Source of the DNA: an uncultured Oscillibacter sp.
GTDB taxonomy: Bacteria; Bacillota; Clostridia; Oscillospirales; Oscillospiraceae
Direction: 5' to 3'
Assembly: GCA_948916585.1 (NCBI GenBank)
Contig: CAQXTN010000004.1
Location: forward strand, 2 to 64,001
DNA: 64,000 nt
Under the pieces are notes generated by a model. It searched no databases. It was given only the letters and a program-made list of their open reading frames with translations, and was not told the origin of the DNA. Each line of letters starts with the position of its first letter. Position 1 is the first letter of the stretch. Shown here piece after piece: positions 9,483 through 18,832 of the stretch. A program made the position numbers and the translations under genes.

Positions 9483-9513
9483 ATGATACACCTTCCAGCA
9501 GGGGGAAGGTCAA
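9483..9513 (-). promoter_or_regulatory. MerR-type promoter/operator
   Basis: TTGACC-N19-TATCAT with dyad ACCTTCC-N7-GGAAGGT. Confidence 0.85.
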
Positions 9514-9688
9514 GAGGTATTTTGTAAATTTCCGAAAAAGGCCGGGAAAAGCGCCGAAGGTATGACCTCCGGCGCGCATTTTTGTCTCTTGTTCCCTCGG
9601 GTGCGGAAGTTTGAAAGGGCTGCGCCCCCAGACGCGCTTTGCGGGTTAACCGCGCCCAGGGCCGCTCTTAGGCCATAGATGGAACCGC

Positions 9689-10069
9689 CTAAATGGCAGT
9701 CTGTGGCCGCTCCTCCCGCTCCAGAGGAAGCTCCGGCCGGGCGGCGGCGATGGCGTCCAGAACCTCGTTGGCATTGACCAGCTTTTCAAAGGTGAAATCC
9801 TGGTAAAACTCCCCGCCGCCGTAATACAGCCGCAGACGGGTCACCGGCAGGGCCTTGCCGCAGCAGCCCGTCAGGGGCAGACTGGTATTCCGGGTCATGG
9901 CCTTCGTCAGGGCGGCGAAGGAGAGATATTGGATGCCGGGAAAGGCGGGAAAGTAGACAGCCTGTTTGCTAAAGCGATACTGCTCCGCCCGGCGGGCGGT
10001 TTTGTAGTCTCCGGCGGGGTCCTCCAACGGGCAGGATTGGGCGAGGGGCTTCGGTGTGAAAATCGCCAT
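9689..10069 (-). CDS. Hypothetical protein (GCCGK motif)
   Basis: GGAGG RBS before ATG 10069; 126 aa. Confidence 0.7.
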   Translation of the reverse strand: MAIFTPKPLAQSCPLEDPAGDYKTARRAEQYRFSKQAVYFPAFPGIQYLSFAALTKAMTRNTSLPLTGCCGKALPVTRLRLYYGGGEFYQDFTFEKLVNANEVLDAIAAARPELPLEREERPQTAI

Positions 10070-10172
10070 GGTGTGACCTCCCAAGCCAGTATTTTTTTTC
10101 AGTATAAGCGGCTCTTTGAAAAAAATCCATGGCAAAAGCAACAATAAGGGGAAAATACTGTGGAAATGCCAC

Positions 10173-10201
10173 TTGCCCCCGGGGAAAAAGGGGACTATAC
10201 T
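10173..10201 (+). promoter_or_regulatory. sigmaA promoter of serA
   Basis: TTGCCC-N17-TATACT. Confidence 0.6.
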
Positions 10202-10269
10202 AGAACCGGAAACCCGCCCGGCGGGCTTCCAACTGAGAAAGCATGATCTCGTTTAACCGGAGGTTTTCC

Positions 10270-11436
10270 ATGTATCGAGTCAAAACACTGAACAAGATCG
10301 CCCCCCAGGGGCTGGAGCGGCTGGCCCCCGCCCGCTATCTGGTGGGGGAGGACGTGACGGAGGAGGAGGGCATCCTGGTCCGCTCCGCCAATCTGCTGGA
10401 CTACGCCTTCCCGGACAGCCTGTTGGCCATCGCCCGGGCGGGCGTGGGCGTGAATAACATTCCCCTGGATCGCTGTTCGGAAAGCGGCGTCGCCGTCTTT
10501 TCCACTCCCGGGGCCAATGCCAACGCGGTGAAGGAGCTGGTGCTCTGCGCCATGCTGATCTCTTCCCGGGATATCACTGGCGCCGTGCGCTGGGTGAAGA
10601 ATCAGGCGGCCTCCGGCGTGGAGGTGGAAACGGTGGTGGAAAAGGGCAAGTCCGCCTTCGTGGGCCCGGAGCTCTACCGGAAGGCCCTGGGGGTCATCGG
10701 CTTAGGGGCTATCGGCGCTTTGGTGGCCAACGTGGCCCTGGACCTGGGAATGGACGTATACGGATACGACCCCTTCCTCTCCGTGGACGCGGCGCTGCGG
10801 CTGGACCGCCATGTCCACGTGGTCCAGGATGTGAGCGAGCTCTATAAAAAGGCGGACTACATCACCGCCCACATTCACTTCAATGAAAAAACCCGTCACA
10901 TGATCGGCCGGGAGGCCCTGGCCGCCATGAAGCCCGGCGTGCGGCTGATCAACCTGGCCCGGGGGGGCGTAGTGGATGACGAGGCCCTGCTGGCCGCTCT
11001 GGACGCGGGGAAGGTGACGGCCTACGTCACCGACTTCCCTACCAATCAGCTGGTGGCGAATCCCCATGTCATTGCCATGCCTCATCTGGGGGCCTCCACC
11101 CCGGAGAGCGAGCAGAACTGCGCCGTCATGGCGGCGGAGGAGCTGCGGGACTACCTGGAAAACGGAAACATTCGAAACTCCGTGAACCTCCCCGACGTGT
11201 ACTTGGACCGGAGCGGCGCTCAGCGGCTCTGTGTCCTCCACAAGAATATCCCCGCCATGCTGGCCAGCATCACGGCCCTCCTCAGCCGGGACGGTGTGAA
11301 TGTGGAAAACCTGAGCAACAAGAGCAAGGGGGACTACGCCTATACCCTGGTGGACCTGGGGACGCCGGTGGAGCCTACCGTCCTGGAGGACTTGAAGCGC
11401 CTGCCCAACGTCATCCGGGTCCGGGTCATCGGCTGA
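10270..11436 (+). CDS. serA: D-3-phosphoglycerate dehydrogenase with ACT domain
   Basis: ARAGVGVNNIP, GLGAIG, NLARG, PHLGAST, C-terminal ACT. Confidence 0.9.
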   Translation: MYRVKTLNKIAPQGLERLAPARYLVGEDVTEEEGILVRSANLLDYAFPDSLLAIARAGVGVNNIPLDRCSESGVAVFSTPGANANAVKELVLCAMLISSRDITGAVRWVKNQAASGVEVETVVEKGKSAFVGPELYRKALGVIGLGAIGALVANVALDLGMDVYGYDPFLSVDAALRLDRHVHVVQDVSELYKKADYITAHIHFNEKTRHMIGREALAAMKPGVRLINLARGGVVDDEALLAALDAGKVTAYVTDFPTNQLVANPHVIAMPHLGASTPESEQNCAVMAAEELRDYLENGNIRNSVNLPDVYLDRSGAQRLCVLHKNIPAMLASITALLSRDGVNVENLSNKSKGDYAYTLVDLGTPVEPTVLEDLKRLPNVIRVRVIG

Positions 11437-11471
11437 ACGGATTCCTTGACATTTCATAAGGAGGAGCGAAT

Positions 11472-12287
11472 GTGTTCGACCTGAATGGAGCCATGGAGCG
11501 TTTTGCCGGAAAGCTGGCCCTGGAGAACATCCTGGCCGCTGCCATCACACTTCTGGTGTGCATGGTGGCGGCGCGACTGCTGCTGAAGCTGGTCCGCCGC
11601 CTCCTCCGCCGGACGAAGCTGGAGGAGCGCATCCGGCGGTATATCCTGATGGCCCTTAAGCTGCTGCTGTACACCCTGACAGTGGTCTTTACCGCCGGGA
11701 GCTTGGGAATCAACATGACCTCTCTGGTGGCGCTTTTGTCCGTGGGGTCTCTGGGCGTGACCCTGGCGGCGGAGGACGTACTGGGCAATGTGGCCGGAGG
11801 ACTGGTGATTTTGTCCTCTCGTCCCTTCGCGATTGGGGACTTCATCGAGTCCGGCGGGGTCTCCGGAACGGTGGAGGAGATCAGCCTGAACCACACGCGC
11901 CTCATCACCCCCGACGGTCTGACGGCCCTGCTGCCCAACAAGGAATTAGCGGCCTCCAAGGTCACGAATTACACCGTGCTGGGGCGGCGGCGGATTGTCT
12001 GGAAAATGAGCGCCTCCTATGACGCGCCTACAGAGACCGTAAAGGCCGCCTGTTACCGGGCCATGGAGGCCACGGAGTGCATCCTCGCCGACCCTGCCCC
12101 GGCAGTGTACCTCACCGCCTTCGCGGATAGCGGCATCGACTTCACCGTCTACTGCTGGGCCTCGGCGGAGGACTTCTGGACCACCCAGTTTGCCCTGGCG
12201 GAGAATCTGCGGGCGGAGTTTGCCAAGGCGGGGGTGGAGATTCCCTACAATAAGCTGGATGTGCGTATTGTGGAACCCCAAGCATAG
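11472..12287 (+). CDS. mscS: Small-conductance mechanosensitive channel
   Basis: GNVAGGLVILSSRPFAIGDFI...GTVEEI; C-terminal GVEIPY. Confidence 0.9.
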   Translation: MFDLNGAMERFAGKLALENILAAAITLLVCMVAARLLLKLVRRLLRRTKLEERIRRYILMALKLLLYTLTVVFTAGSLGINMTSLVALLSVGSLGVTLAAEDVLGNVAGGLVILSSRPFAIGDFIESGGVSGTVEEISLNHTRLITPDGLTALLPNKELAASKVTNYTVLGRRRIVWKMSASYDAPTETVKAACYRAMEATECILADPAPAVYLTAFADSGIDFTVYCWASAEDFWTTQFALAENLRAEFAKAGVEIPYNKLDVRIVEPQA

Positions 12288-12289
12288 AG

Positions 12290-12326
12290 AACGGCCCCGG
12301 CGCTTGAATCGCGCCGGGGCCGTTTT
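12290..12326. terminator. Terminator
   Basis: AACGGCCCCGGCGC/GCGCCGGGGCCGTT 14-bp stem. Confidence 0.8.
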
Positions 12327-12348
12327 GCGTTCGGAAGAGGGGAGAGCG

Positions 12349-13233
12349 TCATCCCGCCGGTCCGATGATGGTGCCGTCGTCCTTCTCCGCTTCCAGCTCG
12401 TTGGCGACCCGAAGAAGCAGGAAGCCCATCAGCGTCAGGGCTCCCCCCGCATAGAGGAGCAGGGAGGAGAGGTACGCGCTGCCGTCCGCTAAGGAGGCGG
12501 CGCAGAGGACCAGGGAGGCTGCGGCGTAGAACCCGAAACGCCGTGTCCGTCCCGCCTGAAAGGCAAAGGAGCTGAGACGGTAAAAGCCCAAGGTCATGAA
12601 CACCAGTGCCAGCAGTTCTACGTAGTACATGGTCAAAGAGGGGTTTACGGAGTCGATGCGGTAGGTCAGCACCAGACGCACCACCAAGGCCGCCACAGGC
12701 GTCAGAGTGATGGCGGAGGGGGCCTTTCGCGTTGGCCCGCCCTCCCGGCGGCGGCAGCCCGCCAGCACCGGGAACAAAGAGACGGCGGCGGCCAGGGTCA
12801 GCACACCCAGCAGGGTCTGTCCCCGGAGGGACAATCCCAGGCCCCCGGCCCGGAGGATGCTGTAAATGGCGTGCCGGGAGGAGACCAGCCCCTCCGGCAG
12901 TAGGGAGGCGCTCTCCGCCAGGTCACTGAGACCGCTGAGGGCCAGGAGAAACACGCCGCACATGGGAACGGTCAGCAGTCCGGTGTTTTCCGTGGAGAAA
13001 TCTCTGGGTAGAATGGGGCCGGGTTCCTCCTCCGCCGGAAGGAGCCGGGCGGTGAGAGCCAGGGCGGCGGCCAGGCCAATCAGCAAAACCGCCAGGGCCA
13101 GGGCGGCGAAGTTGCCGGGAATGGGGAGGCCGGTGTCCGCCTCGTAGCCGGTGTGGTTTTGCAGCAGCCGCAGCACGCAGGCGGCGGCTCCGCCCAGGGC
13201 GGCCGTCAGGGGGAGCGCGTAACGTTTATCCAT
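12349..13233 (-). CDS. Multi-pass membrane protein
   Basis: About 8 hydrophobic segments; start MDKRYALP after AAAGGA. Confidence 0.75.
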   Translation of the reverse strand: MDKRYALPLTAALGGAAACVLRLLQNHTGYEADTGLPIPGNFAALALAVLLIGLAAALALTARLLPAEEEPGPILPRDFSTENTGLLTVPMCGVFLLALSGLSDLAESASLLPEGLVSSRHAIYSILRAGGLGLSLRGQTLLGVLTLAAAVSLFPVLAGCRRREGGPTRKAPSAITLTPVAALVVRLVLTYRIDSVNPSLTMYYVELLALVFMTLGFYRLSSFAFQAGRTRRFGFYAAASLVLCAASLADGSAYLSSLLLYAGGALTLMGFLLLRVANELEAEKDDGTIIGPAG

Positions 13234-13316
13234 AACAAGTGGTCCTTTCAGTAGCCAATTCGATTTCCCTAGTATACCACAGGAAAGGACGGCTGAAAAG
13301 GGGGAATTTTCCGCCC

Positions 13317-13586
13317 TCACTCCTTCAGCAGCGTTACCCTGGGATTTTCCTCCGCCGCCCGGCGGAGCAGGCGGACCAGGGCTCCTCCCCGGCGGCCCAG
13401 CCGGTCCTCCAGGGTTTCTTGGTGGAGGAGGCGGACCGTCAAGGGTTCTCCCAGGTCCGTCAGGCAGTCAAACAGGGCGTCCAGATTCCGCCCGTACCAC
13501 TCCGGCAAGTCCAGAGCCTGGGCAAAGCGGTCGTGAACGTCCTCCAGGGATTGGAGTTCCCATCCGTCCAATACGATCTCAACCAT
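13317..13586 (-). CDS. Barstar-family ribonuclease inhibitor
   Basis: LDLPEWYGRNLDALFDCLT signature; overlaps the RNase stop by 8 nt. Confidence 0.92.
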   Translation of the reverse strand: MVEIVLDGWELQSLEDVHDRFAQALDLPEWYGRNLDALFDCLTDLGEPLTVRLLHQETLEDRLGRRGGALVRLLRRAAEENPRVTLLKE

Positions 13587-14211
13587 CGCCCTCATCTCCA
13601 TACAGCAGCTCGAAGGATTCATAGTGGTCCTCCGTGTAGTAGACCAGGCCGTCGTTGGAAAAGACGATCCGCTTGGCCCCCCGGCTCCTGGCTCCCAGGG
13701 TGTCGATGTCGCACTCCGTATAGGTCCGGCCCTTGGACTCCGGCAAAAGTCCCTCGTAATTTCCAAAGCGGCTGCCGCCGATGCACATGCCCGGAGCGTA
13801 GGGCTCCAGGTCCCCGCCGGGCCAGCCCAGGTTCTGGGCCTCCTTCTTCGTGATAAAGTTGTCCGGCAGACGGCCATAGGTGTGGATGTAGAGGGCCACG
13901 TCCTCCTTCGAGGTATAAGCTCCATCCTCCGGGAGAGTGTCCTCCTGGGCGTCGGGGAGTTCTTCCAGTGGATGCTCGGCGTCTGCCAAGGAATCCTCAA
14001 TCTCCGGTGAAGAAGCGTCTTCTTCATTGGGAGGGTCCTCCGGTCCGGCGGGGTCCGCCAGGTCTCGCGGATCCTCCACGGCGGGAAGATCGACCTTTGT
14101 GTCCTCAAATTGGGCCCCCTCCGGCACGTCCGTCAGGTCCACAATGCCGCCGCAGGCGGTGAGGGAGAACAAGGTCAAAGCGGCCAAGAGGCCGCTGAGC
14201 CAGCGCTTCAT
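13579..14211 (-). CDS. Barnase-like ribonuclease, lipoprotein
   Basis: Lipobox LTAC, acidic linker, LPDNFITKKEAQNLGW, YTECDID, RIVFSNDGLVYYTEDHYESF. Confidence 0.92.
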   Translation of the reverse strand: MKRWLSGLLAALTLFSLTACGGIVDLTDVPEGAQFEDTKVDLPAVEDPRDLADPAGPEDPPNEEDASSPEIEDSLADAEHPLEELPDAQEDTLPEDGAYTSKEDVALYIHTYGRLPDNFITKKEAQNLGWPGGDLEPYAPGMCIGGSRFGNYEGLLPESKGRTYTECDIDTLGARSRGAKRIVFSNDGLVYYTEDHYESFELLYGDEGDG

Positions 14212-14287
14212 CGTCATCATCCTTTCTGTTGATGGAGACAGTATACCAGCTCCGGCAAAAAGAGGCAAGGGCTTTCGCCCCTGCCTT

Positions 14288-15988
14288 TCATTTCTGCTCC
14301 AGCAATTCCTGAAACCGCTCCAGCAGAACGGCGGTCTGCCCCCGAGCGGCCCGGCCCTGGGGTTGGAGGGTTCCGTCTTTAGTCCCACGCAAAATGCCCT
14401 CCGCCAGGACCCATCGCATGGCTTCCTCGGCGTAGGCGCTTACCTCGCCGGAGTCTGGAAAGCCCAGAAGAGAGGCCCGGGCGCCGCTGTCCGCGTTCTC
14501 CAGCTTGGCATACCGCCAGAGAATGGCGGATAACTGCTGGCGGCTCACCGGAAGATCGGGGCGGAAGGTCCCGTCATAAAAGCCCTCCGCGATACCCCGC
14601 CGGGCCGCCCAGGTCACCGCTTTACTGTAATAGGCGGAGGCGGGCACATCGGAGAACGAAGAGCCCCGGACAACGGGCTCTCCCGCCAGCCGGTAGAGGA
14701 TGGCGGCAATCTGCCCCCGGGTCACCGTACCGCCGGGGGAGAAGGCCGTCGGGCTTGTGCCGTTCATCAAACCGGCGGCGCAGACCCGCTCCACGGCTCC
14801 GGCGTACCAGGCGTCCTGGGGCACGTCTTGGAAACGTCTTTGGTTCCAGGCGGCCCAGGCACTTTGAATCAGGTCTCCGGATTGGTCCTGAGACAGCTCC
14901 CAGAAGCCCACGCCCCTCAGACCCCGCCGCCGGGCCAGCTCCGCTTTGGCGGCGATGGAGGTTGGGTCGTCGTAGGAGAGGAAGGAGCGGTTTCCGTAAA
15001 GATAGGGGACTTCCGCTTCCTGATGCCGGAGCTGCCGGTAGGCAGGCTGGTTCAGATACGTGCTCTTCACCTTGTCCCAGGAGACGGATTTGGCGTTTTC
15101 ATAAGGCTGGTACAGCCCGCTGTTCCGGCTGGAAACCCCCTGGTATATGTACCCGTACAGCGGCATTCCCAGCACCAGCTTCTCCGCTGGAACGCCGCGG
15201 CCCAGCCAGGCGGAAATGCCGTCGTCCACGCTGGCGCGGTATCGGGGCGGACCGTCCGAGGGGGCGTAGAGAGGGGCGTTGAAGTCCGCCGAGGCATCCC
15301 AGGGACCGTGAAGGTCATAGGCCATGAGAAAAATGTGGTCCACGGTCTCCGCCACCGCCTGGGGCTCAATGCTGTTCAGATAGCCCCCGCTTACCGCCCC
15401 GGCGATGGAGAGAACGTATTGCTTTCCGTCCCGCCGTCCCTGCCGGTCCAGAGCCTGCCGGAGCTCCCGGAGCAAGAGGGTAAAGTTCTCCTTGTCCTGG
15501 GGCCGGTGAACCGCGCCGGGGGCCCCGCCGGAGACGGGATACTCCCAATCCAGGTCCACGCCGTCCAGATCGTGTGCCAGGAGCAGGTCCACACAGGACC
15601 GGGCAAAGAGCTTCCGGCTTTCCGCGGAAGCTGCCGCGTCGGAAAATCCGGCGGAGTCGTCCCAGCCGCCCAGAGAGAGTACGAGCTTCAAATTTGGATT
15701 CCGCCGCCGCAGGGCCGTTAGCTCCCGGAGGTTTTTTCCGTCCCGCGCCGGGTCCCCAAGAGCCGCCCTGCCGCTCTCAATTTTGGCGAAGGCGTAGTTG
15801 ATCTGGGTGAACTGTTCCGCCGGGAGCTTGTCCGGCGTATAGCCCTGGGAAGCGGCCCAGGAGGCGTAATACCCCACCGCCTCCCCTGCGCTCTCCGCTC
15901 CGGCGGCGGAGACCCAATGGGGCCCCGCCATAGACAGCAGCAGGACCAACAGCGAGGCCAATGGATAAAAACGACGTAGTTTCCGCAT
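14288..15988 (-). CDS. GH18 glycoside hydrolase (chitinase-like) with three SLH domains
   Basis: Signal peptide; LDGVDLDWEYP catalytic motif; MAYDLHGPW; SLH repeats (FQDVPQDAWY, FSDVPASAYY, TRGQ). Confidence 0.9.
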   Translation of the reverse strand: MRKLRRFYPLASLLVLLLSMAGPHWVSAAGAESAGEAVGYYASWAASQGYTPDKLPAEQFTQINYAFAKIESGRAALGDPARDGKNLRELTALRRRNPNLKLVLSLGGWDDSAGFSDAAASAESRKLFARSCVDLLLAHDLDGVDLDWEYPVSGGAPGAVHRPQDKENFTLLLRELRQALDRQGRRDGKQYVLSIAGAVSGGYLNSIEPQAVAETVDHIFLMAYDLHGPWDASADFNAPLYAPSDGPPRYRASVDDGISAWLGRGVPAEKLVLGMPLYGYIYQGVSSRNSGLYQPYENAKSVSWDKVKSTYLNQPAYRQLRHQEAEVPYLYGNRSFLSYDDPTSIAAKAELARRRGLRGVGFWELSQDQSGDLIQSAWAAWNQRRFQDVPQDAWYAGAVERVCAAGLMNGTSPTAFSPGGTVTRGQIAAILYRLAGEPVVRGSSFSDVPASAYYSKAVTWAARRGIAEGFYDGTFRPDLPVSRQQLSAILWRYAKLENADSGARASLLGFPDSGEVSAYAEEAMRWVLAEGILRGTKDGTLQPQGRAARGQTAVLLERFQELLEQK

Positions 15989-16163
15989 CGCTCCAGACTC
16001 CTTCATTGAAAATAAAAGCGTATTACAAAATCGTTTGACAAATCATACACCCCATTTTACCGCGGGTTCCCCCACCGGAGCAAGGAACAGGTTCTGGAAG
16101 TCCAGGCAGAAACTGAGGCCGGACAGCGTATGCCGTCCGGCCTCACAGGACTGCTGTGGTTAC

Positions 16164-17009
16164 TCAGCGAACCGTGCTTCGCAGGGTTCCGATACCCTGG
16201 ATGGCGCAGGCTACGATATCGCCGGCCTGTAAAAACTTCGGCGGGTCGAGGCCCATGCCCACGCCCGCCGGCGTGCCGGTGGCGATGATGGTCCCCGGCA
16301 GCAACGTCATTCCGGCGGAGAGCTCCGCGATGATCTCCGGGATGCTGTGAACCAGCAAAGCGGTGTTGGAGTGCTGGCGAAGCTCGCCATTGATCCGGCA
16401 GGAGATGTCCAGAGCTGGAGGGAAGGCGGTTTCGCCGGCGGTGAGAATGCAGGGGCCCATAGGGGTAAAGCCGTCCAGGCCCTTGCCGAAGTACCATTGC
16501 TTGTGCCCGGTCTGGAGATCCCGGGCGGACACGTCGTTGAGGACGGTGTAGCCAAAGACGTATTTCCCGGCCTCCTCCGCCTTCACGTGTTTGGCGGTTT
16601 TTCCGATAATCACCGCCAGCTCCGATTCATAGTCCAGACGCTCCACCAATCCCTCATACCGGGGAATGGTTCCTTCCGGGTCCCCGGCCCGGGAGACACG
16701 CTTGGAGAAATAAACCGCCGTGGGCTTGCCCTTGGCGAAGGCCTCCGCGTCGTACTTGACGGCCTCCCGCTCGTGGTCCCGGTAGTTCATTCCCAGGCAG
16801 ATTACATCCTGCCGGGGCCGGGGAATGGGGGCCAAAAGCTTCACGTCCTCCAAGGGAACGGGTTTGGCGGTGGGGGTGAGGGCGGCAGCCGACGGAGAAG
16901 CGTCCTCGATCAGGGCGTTCATGTCCGGATAGGGCAGAAAGGCCACACCTTCCTCCGTCAGCGCGCCCACGCGCTCCTCGCCCTTGTAAAGACAGGTAAT
17001 CAGTTTCAT
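16164..17009 (-). CDS. Fumarylacetoacetate hydrolase family protein
   Basis: CLGMNYRDH, DYESELAVIIG, NDVSARD, TGTPAGVG. Confidence 0.92.
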   Translation of the reverse strand: MKLITCLYKGEERVGALTEEGVAFLPYPDMNALIEDASPSAAALTPTAKPVPLEDVKLLAPIPRPRQDVICLGMNYRDHEREAVKYDAEAFAKGKPTAVYFSKRVSRAGDPEGTIPRYEGLVERLDYESELAVIIGKTAKHVKAEEAGKYVFGYTVLNDVSARDLQTGHKQWYFGKGLDGFTPMGPCILTAGETAFPPALDISCRINGELRQHSNTALLVHSIPEIIAELSAGMTLLPGTIIATGTPAGVGMGLDPPKFLQAGDIVACAIQGIGTLRSTVR

Positions 17010-17033
17010 GGGATACCCCTTTCCATCGTTGTG

Positions 17034-17066
17034 AAAAAGGCGGCGGGGCTTTTGCCCCGCCGCTTG
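17034..17066 (-). terminator. Terminator after ABC operon
   Basis: GCGGCGGGGC-AAAA-GCCCCGCCGC then T-run on minus strand. Confidence 0.75.
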
Positions 17067-17070
17067 GTTT

Positions 17071-17865
17071 TTACGACAGCAGCAGCTTGTCGTCCGCCTC
17101 GTCAGAGCCGCTGACCTTGTTGAACAGCTCCAGCAGCTGAGGAACCGTCAGCTTTTTCTTCTCCTCGCCGGAGACGTCGATCACGATTTTTCCGTCGTAC
17201 ATCATGATAAGCCGGTTTCCGTGCTGGATGGCGTCTTTCATATTGTGGGTGACCATCATGGTGGTGAGACGGTTCTCCGCCACAATGCGGTCCGACAGCT
17301 CCAGCACCTTGGCCGCCGTCTTGGGGTCCAGGGCGGCGGTGTGCTCGTCCAGCAGCAGCAGCTTGGGCTTTTTTAAGGAGGCCATCAGCAGCGTCAGCGC
17401 CTGCCGCTGGCCGCCGGAGAGGAGGCCCACCTTGCTGGTCAGACGGTCCTCCAGTCCCAGGTCCAGGTTTTTCAGCATCTCCTGATACTGGTCCTTCTCC
17501 GCCTTGGTCACGCCCCAGCGGAGGCCCCGGCGCTGGCCCCTGCGGGCCGCCAGGGCCAGATTCTCCAGAATCTGCATGGTGGGCGCGGTGCCCAGCATGG
17601 GGTCCTGAAAGACCCGGCCGATATAAGGGGCCCGCTTGTAGTCCGGCAGATGGGTCACGTCCACCCCGCCGATGGAGATGGACCCGCCGTCTACGGCCCA
17701 GGTCCCCGCCACGGCGTTGAGCATGGTGGATTTGCCCGCCCCGTTGCCGCCGATGACGGTGCAGAAGTCCCCGTCGCTCAGCGTCAGGCTCACGCCTCGG
17801 AGGGCCTGCTTTTCGTTGACCGTCCCGGCGTTGAATACCTTCCAGATGTCTTTGATCTCAAGCAT
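17071..17865 (-). CDS. ABC transporter ATPase (aromatic amino-acid type)
   Basis: GGNGAGKST, LSGGQRQ, LLLDEHTAALDP. Confidence 0.92.
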   Translation of the reverse strand: MLEIKDIWKVFNAGTVNEKQALRGVSLTLSDGDFCTVIGGNGAGKSTMLNAVAGTWAVDGGSISIGGVDVTHLPDYKRAPYIGRVFQDPMLGTAPTMQILENLALAARRGQRRGLRWGVTKAEKDQYQEMLKNLDLGLEDRLTSKVGLLSGGQRQALTLLMASLKKPKLLLLDEHTAALDPKTAAKVLELSDRIVAENRLTTMMVTHNMKDAIQHGNRLIMMYDGKIVIDVSGEEKKKLTVPQLLELFNKVSGSDEADDKLLLS

Positions 17866-18808
17866 GGCTGGCGCCTCCCGTCTTGACCTTGGCGTGGAAA
17901 TACTTCCCCTTCCAGTAGGGCAGGGAGAGGAACATCGCCACCACCAGCGCGGAGAGGAGCTTCAAATAGTTGGGGTTCAGGCCCATGGCCAGCACCGCCT
18001 GGATGACGATGTAATAGAGGATGGCCCCGATGGACACCGCCAGCAGCTTCAGCGCGAAGTTGCGGAACAGCTTACCAAAGAGCACCTGCCCGATGATCAC
18101 CGCCGCCAGCCCGATGACGATGGCGCCCCGGCCCACGTTGATCTCATTGGCCCCGTTATACTGGCAGAGCAGGGCCCCGGAGAGGGCCACCAGGCCGTTG
18201 GAAATCATCAGGCCCAGCACCTTGCAAAAGTCGGTGTTGATGCCCTGGGCCCGGGCCATACTGCCGTTGGAGCCCGTGGCCCGGAGGGCGCAGCCCAACT
18301 CCGTGCCAAAGAAGCCGTACAGCAGGGCGATGAGACCCACGGTGAACAGGCCCACCACCAAAATGGGATGCCGCCAGAGGGGGAAGTCCCCCCGGATGGC
18401 CCCCTGGACAAAGCGCAGGGAGACCAGCAGCTTTTCCAGCGTGTCCACCTGGGTGACGTTGAGGGCCACGGAGGCCTTGAAATCCATAATGGACATGTTG
18501 ACGGAGTACAGCCCCAGCTGGGTCAGGATGCCCGCCAGAATGGCGGGGATGCCGCACTGGGTATTCAGGAGTCCCGTCACCAGCCCCGCCAGCATACCCG
18601 CCAGCGTGGCGGCCAGCATGGCCGCCCAGACGTTGACCCCGGCGGTGAAGAGCATGACAAAGACCGCGCCGCCGGTGCAGAAGGAGCCGTCCACAGTCAG
18701 ATCGGCGATGTCCAGAATCTTATAGGTCAGGTAAACGCCAATGGCCATGACGCCCCAGATTAAGCCCTGGGACACGGCCCCGGGCAGGGCGTTGAGGAAA
18801 GTCAGCAT
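17858..18808 (-). CDS. ABC transporter permease
   Basis: DLTVDGSF, GCALRATGSN, GLAAVIIG. Confidence 0.92.
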   Translation of the reverse strand: MLTFLNALPGAVSQGLIWGVMAIGVYLTYKILDIADLTVDGSFCTGGAVFVMLFTAGVNVWAAMLAATLAGMLAGLVTGLLNTQCGIPAILAGILTQLGLYSVNMSIMDFKASVALNVTQVDTLEKLLVSLRFVQGAIRGDFPLWRHPILVVGLFTVGLIALLYGFFGTELGCALRATGSNGSMARAQGINTDFCKVLGLMISNGLVALSGALLCQYNGANEINVGRGAIVIGLAAVIIGQVLFGKLFRNFALKLLAVSIGAILYYIVIQAVLAMGLNPNYLKLLSALVVAMFLSLPYWKGKYFHAKVKTGGASHA

Positions 18809-18832
18809 GATGGAACCCTCTCTCTGATTGTC

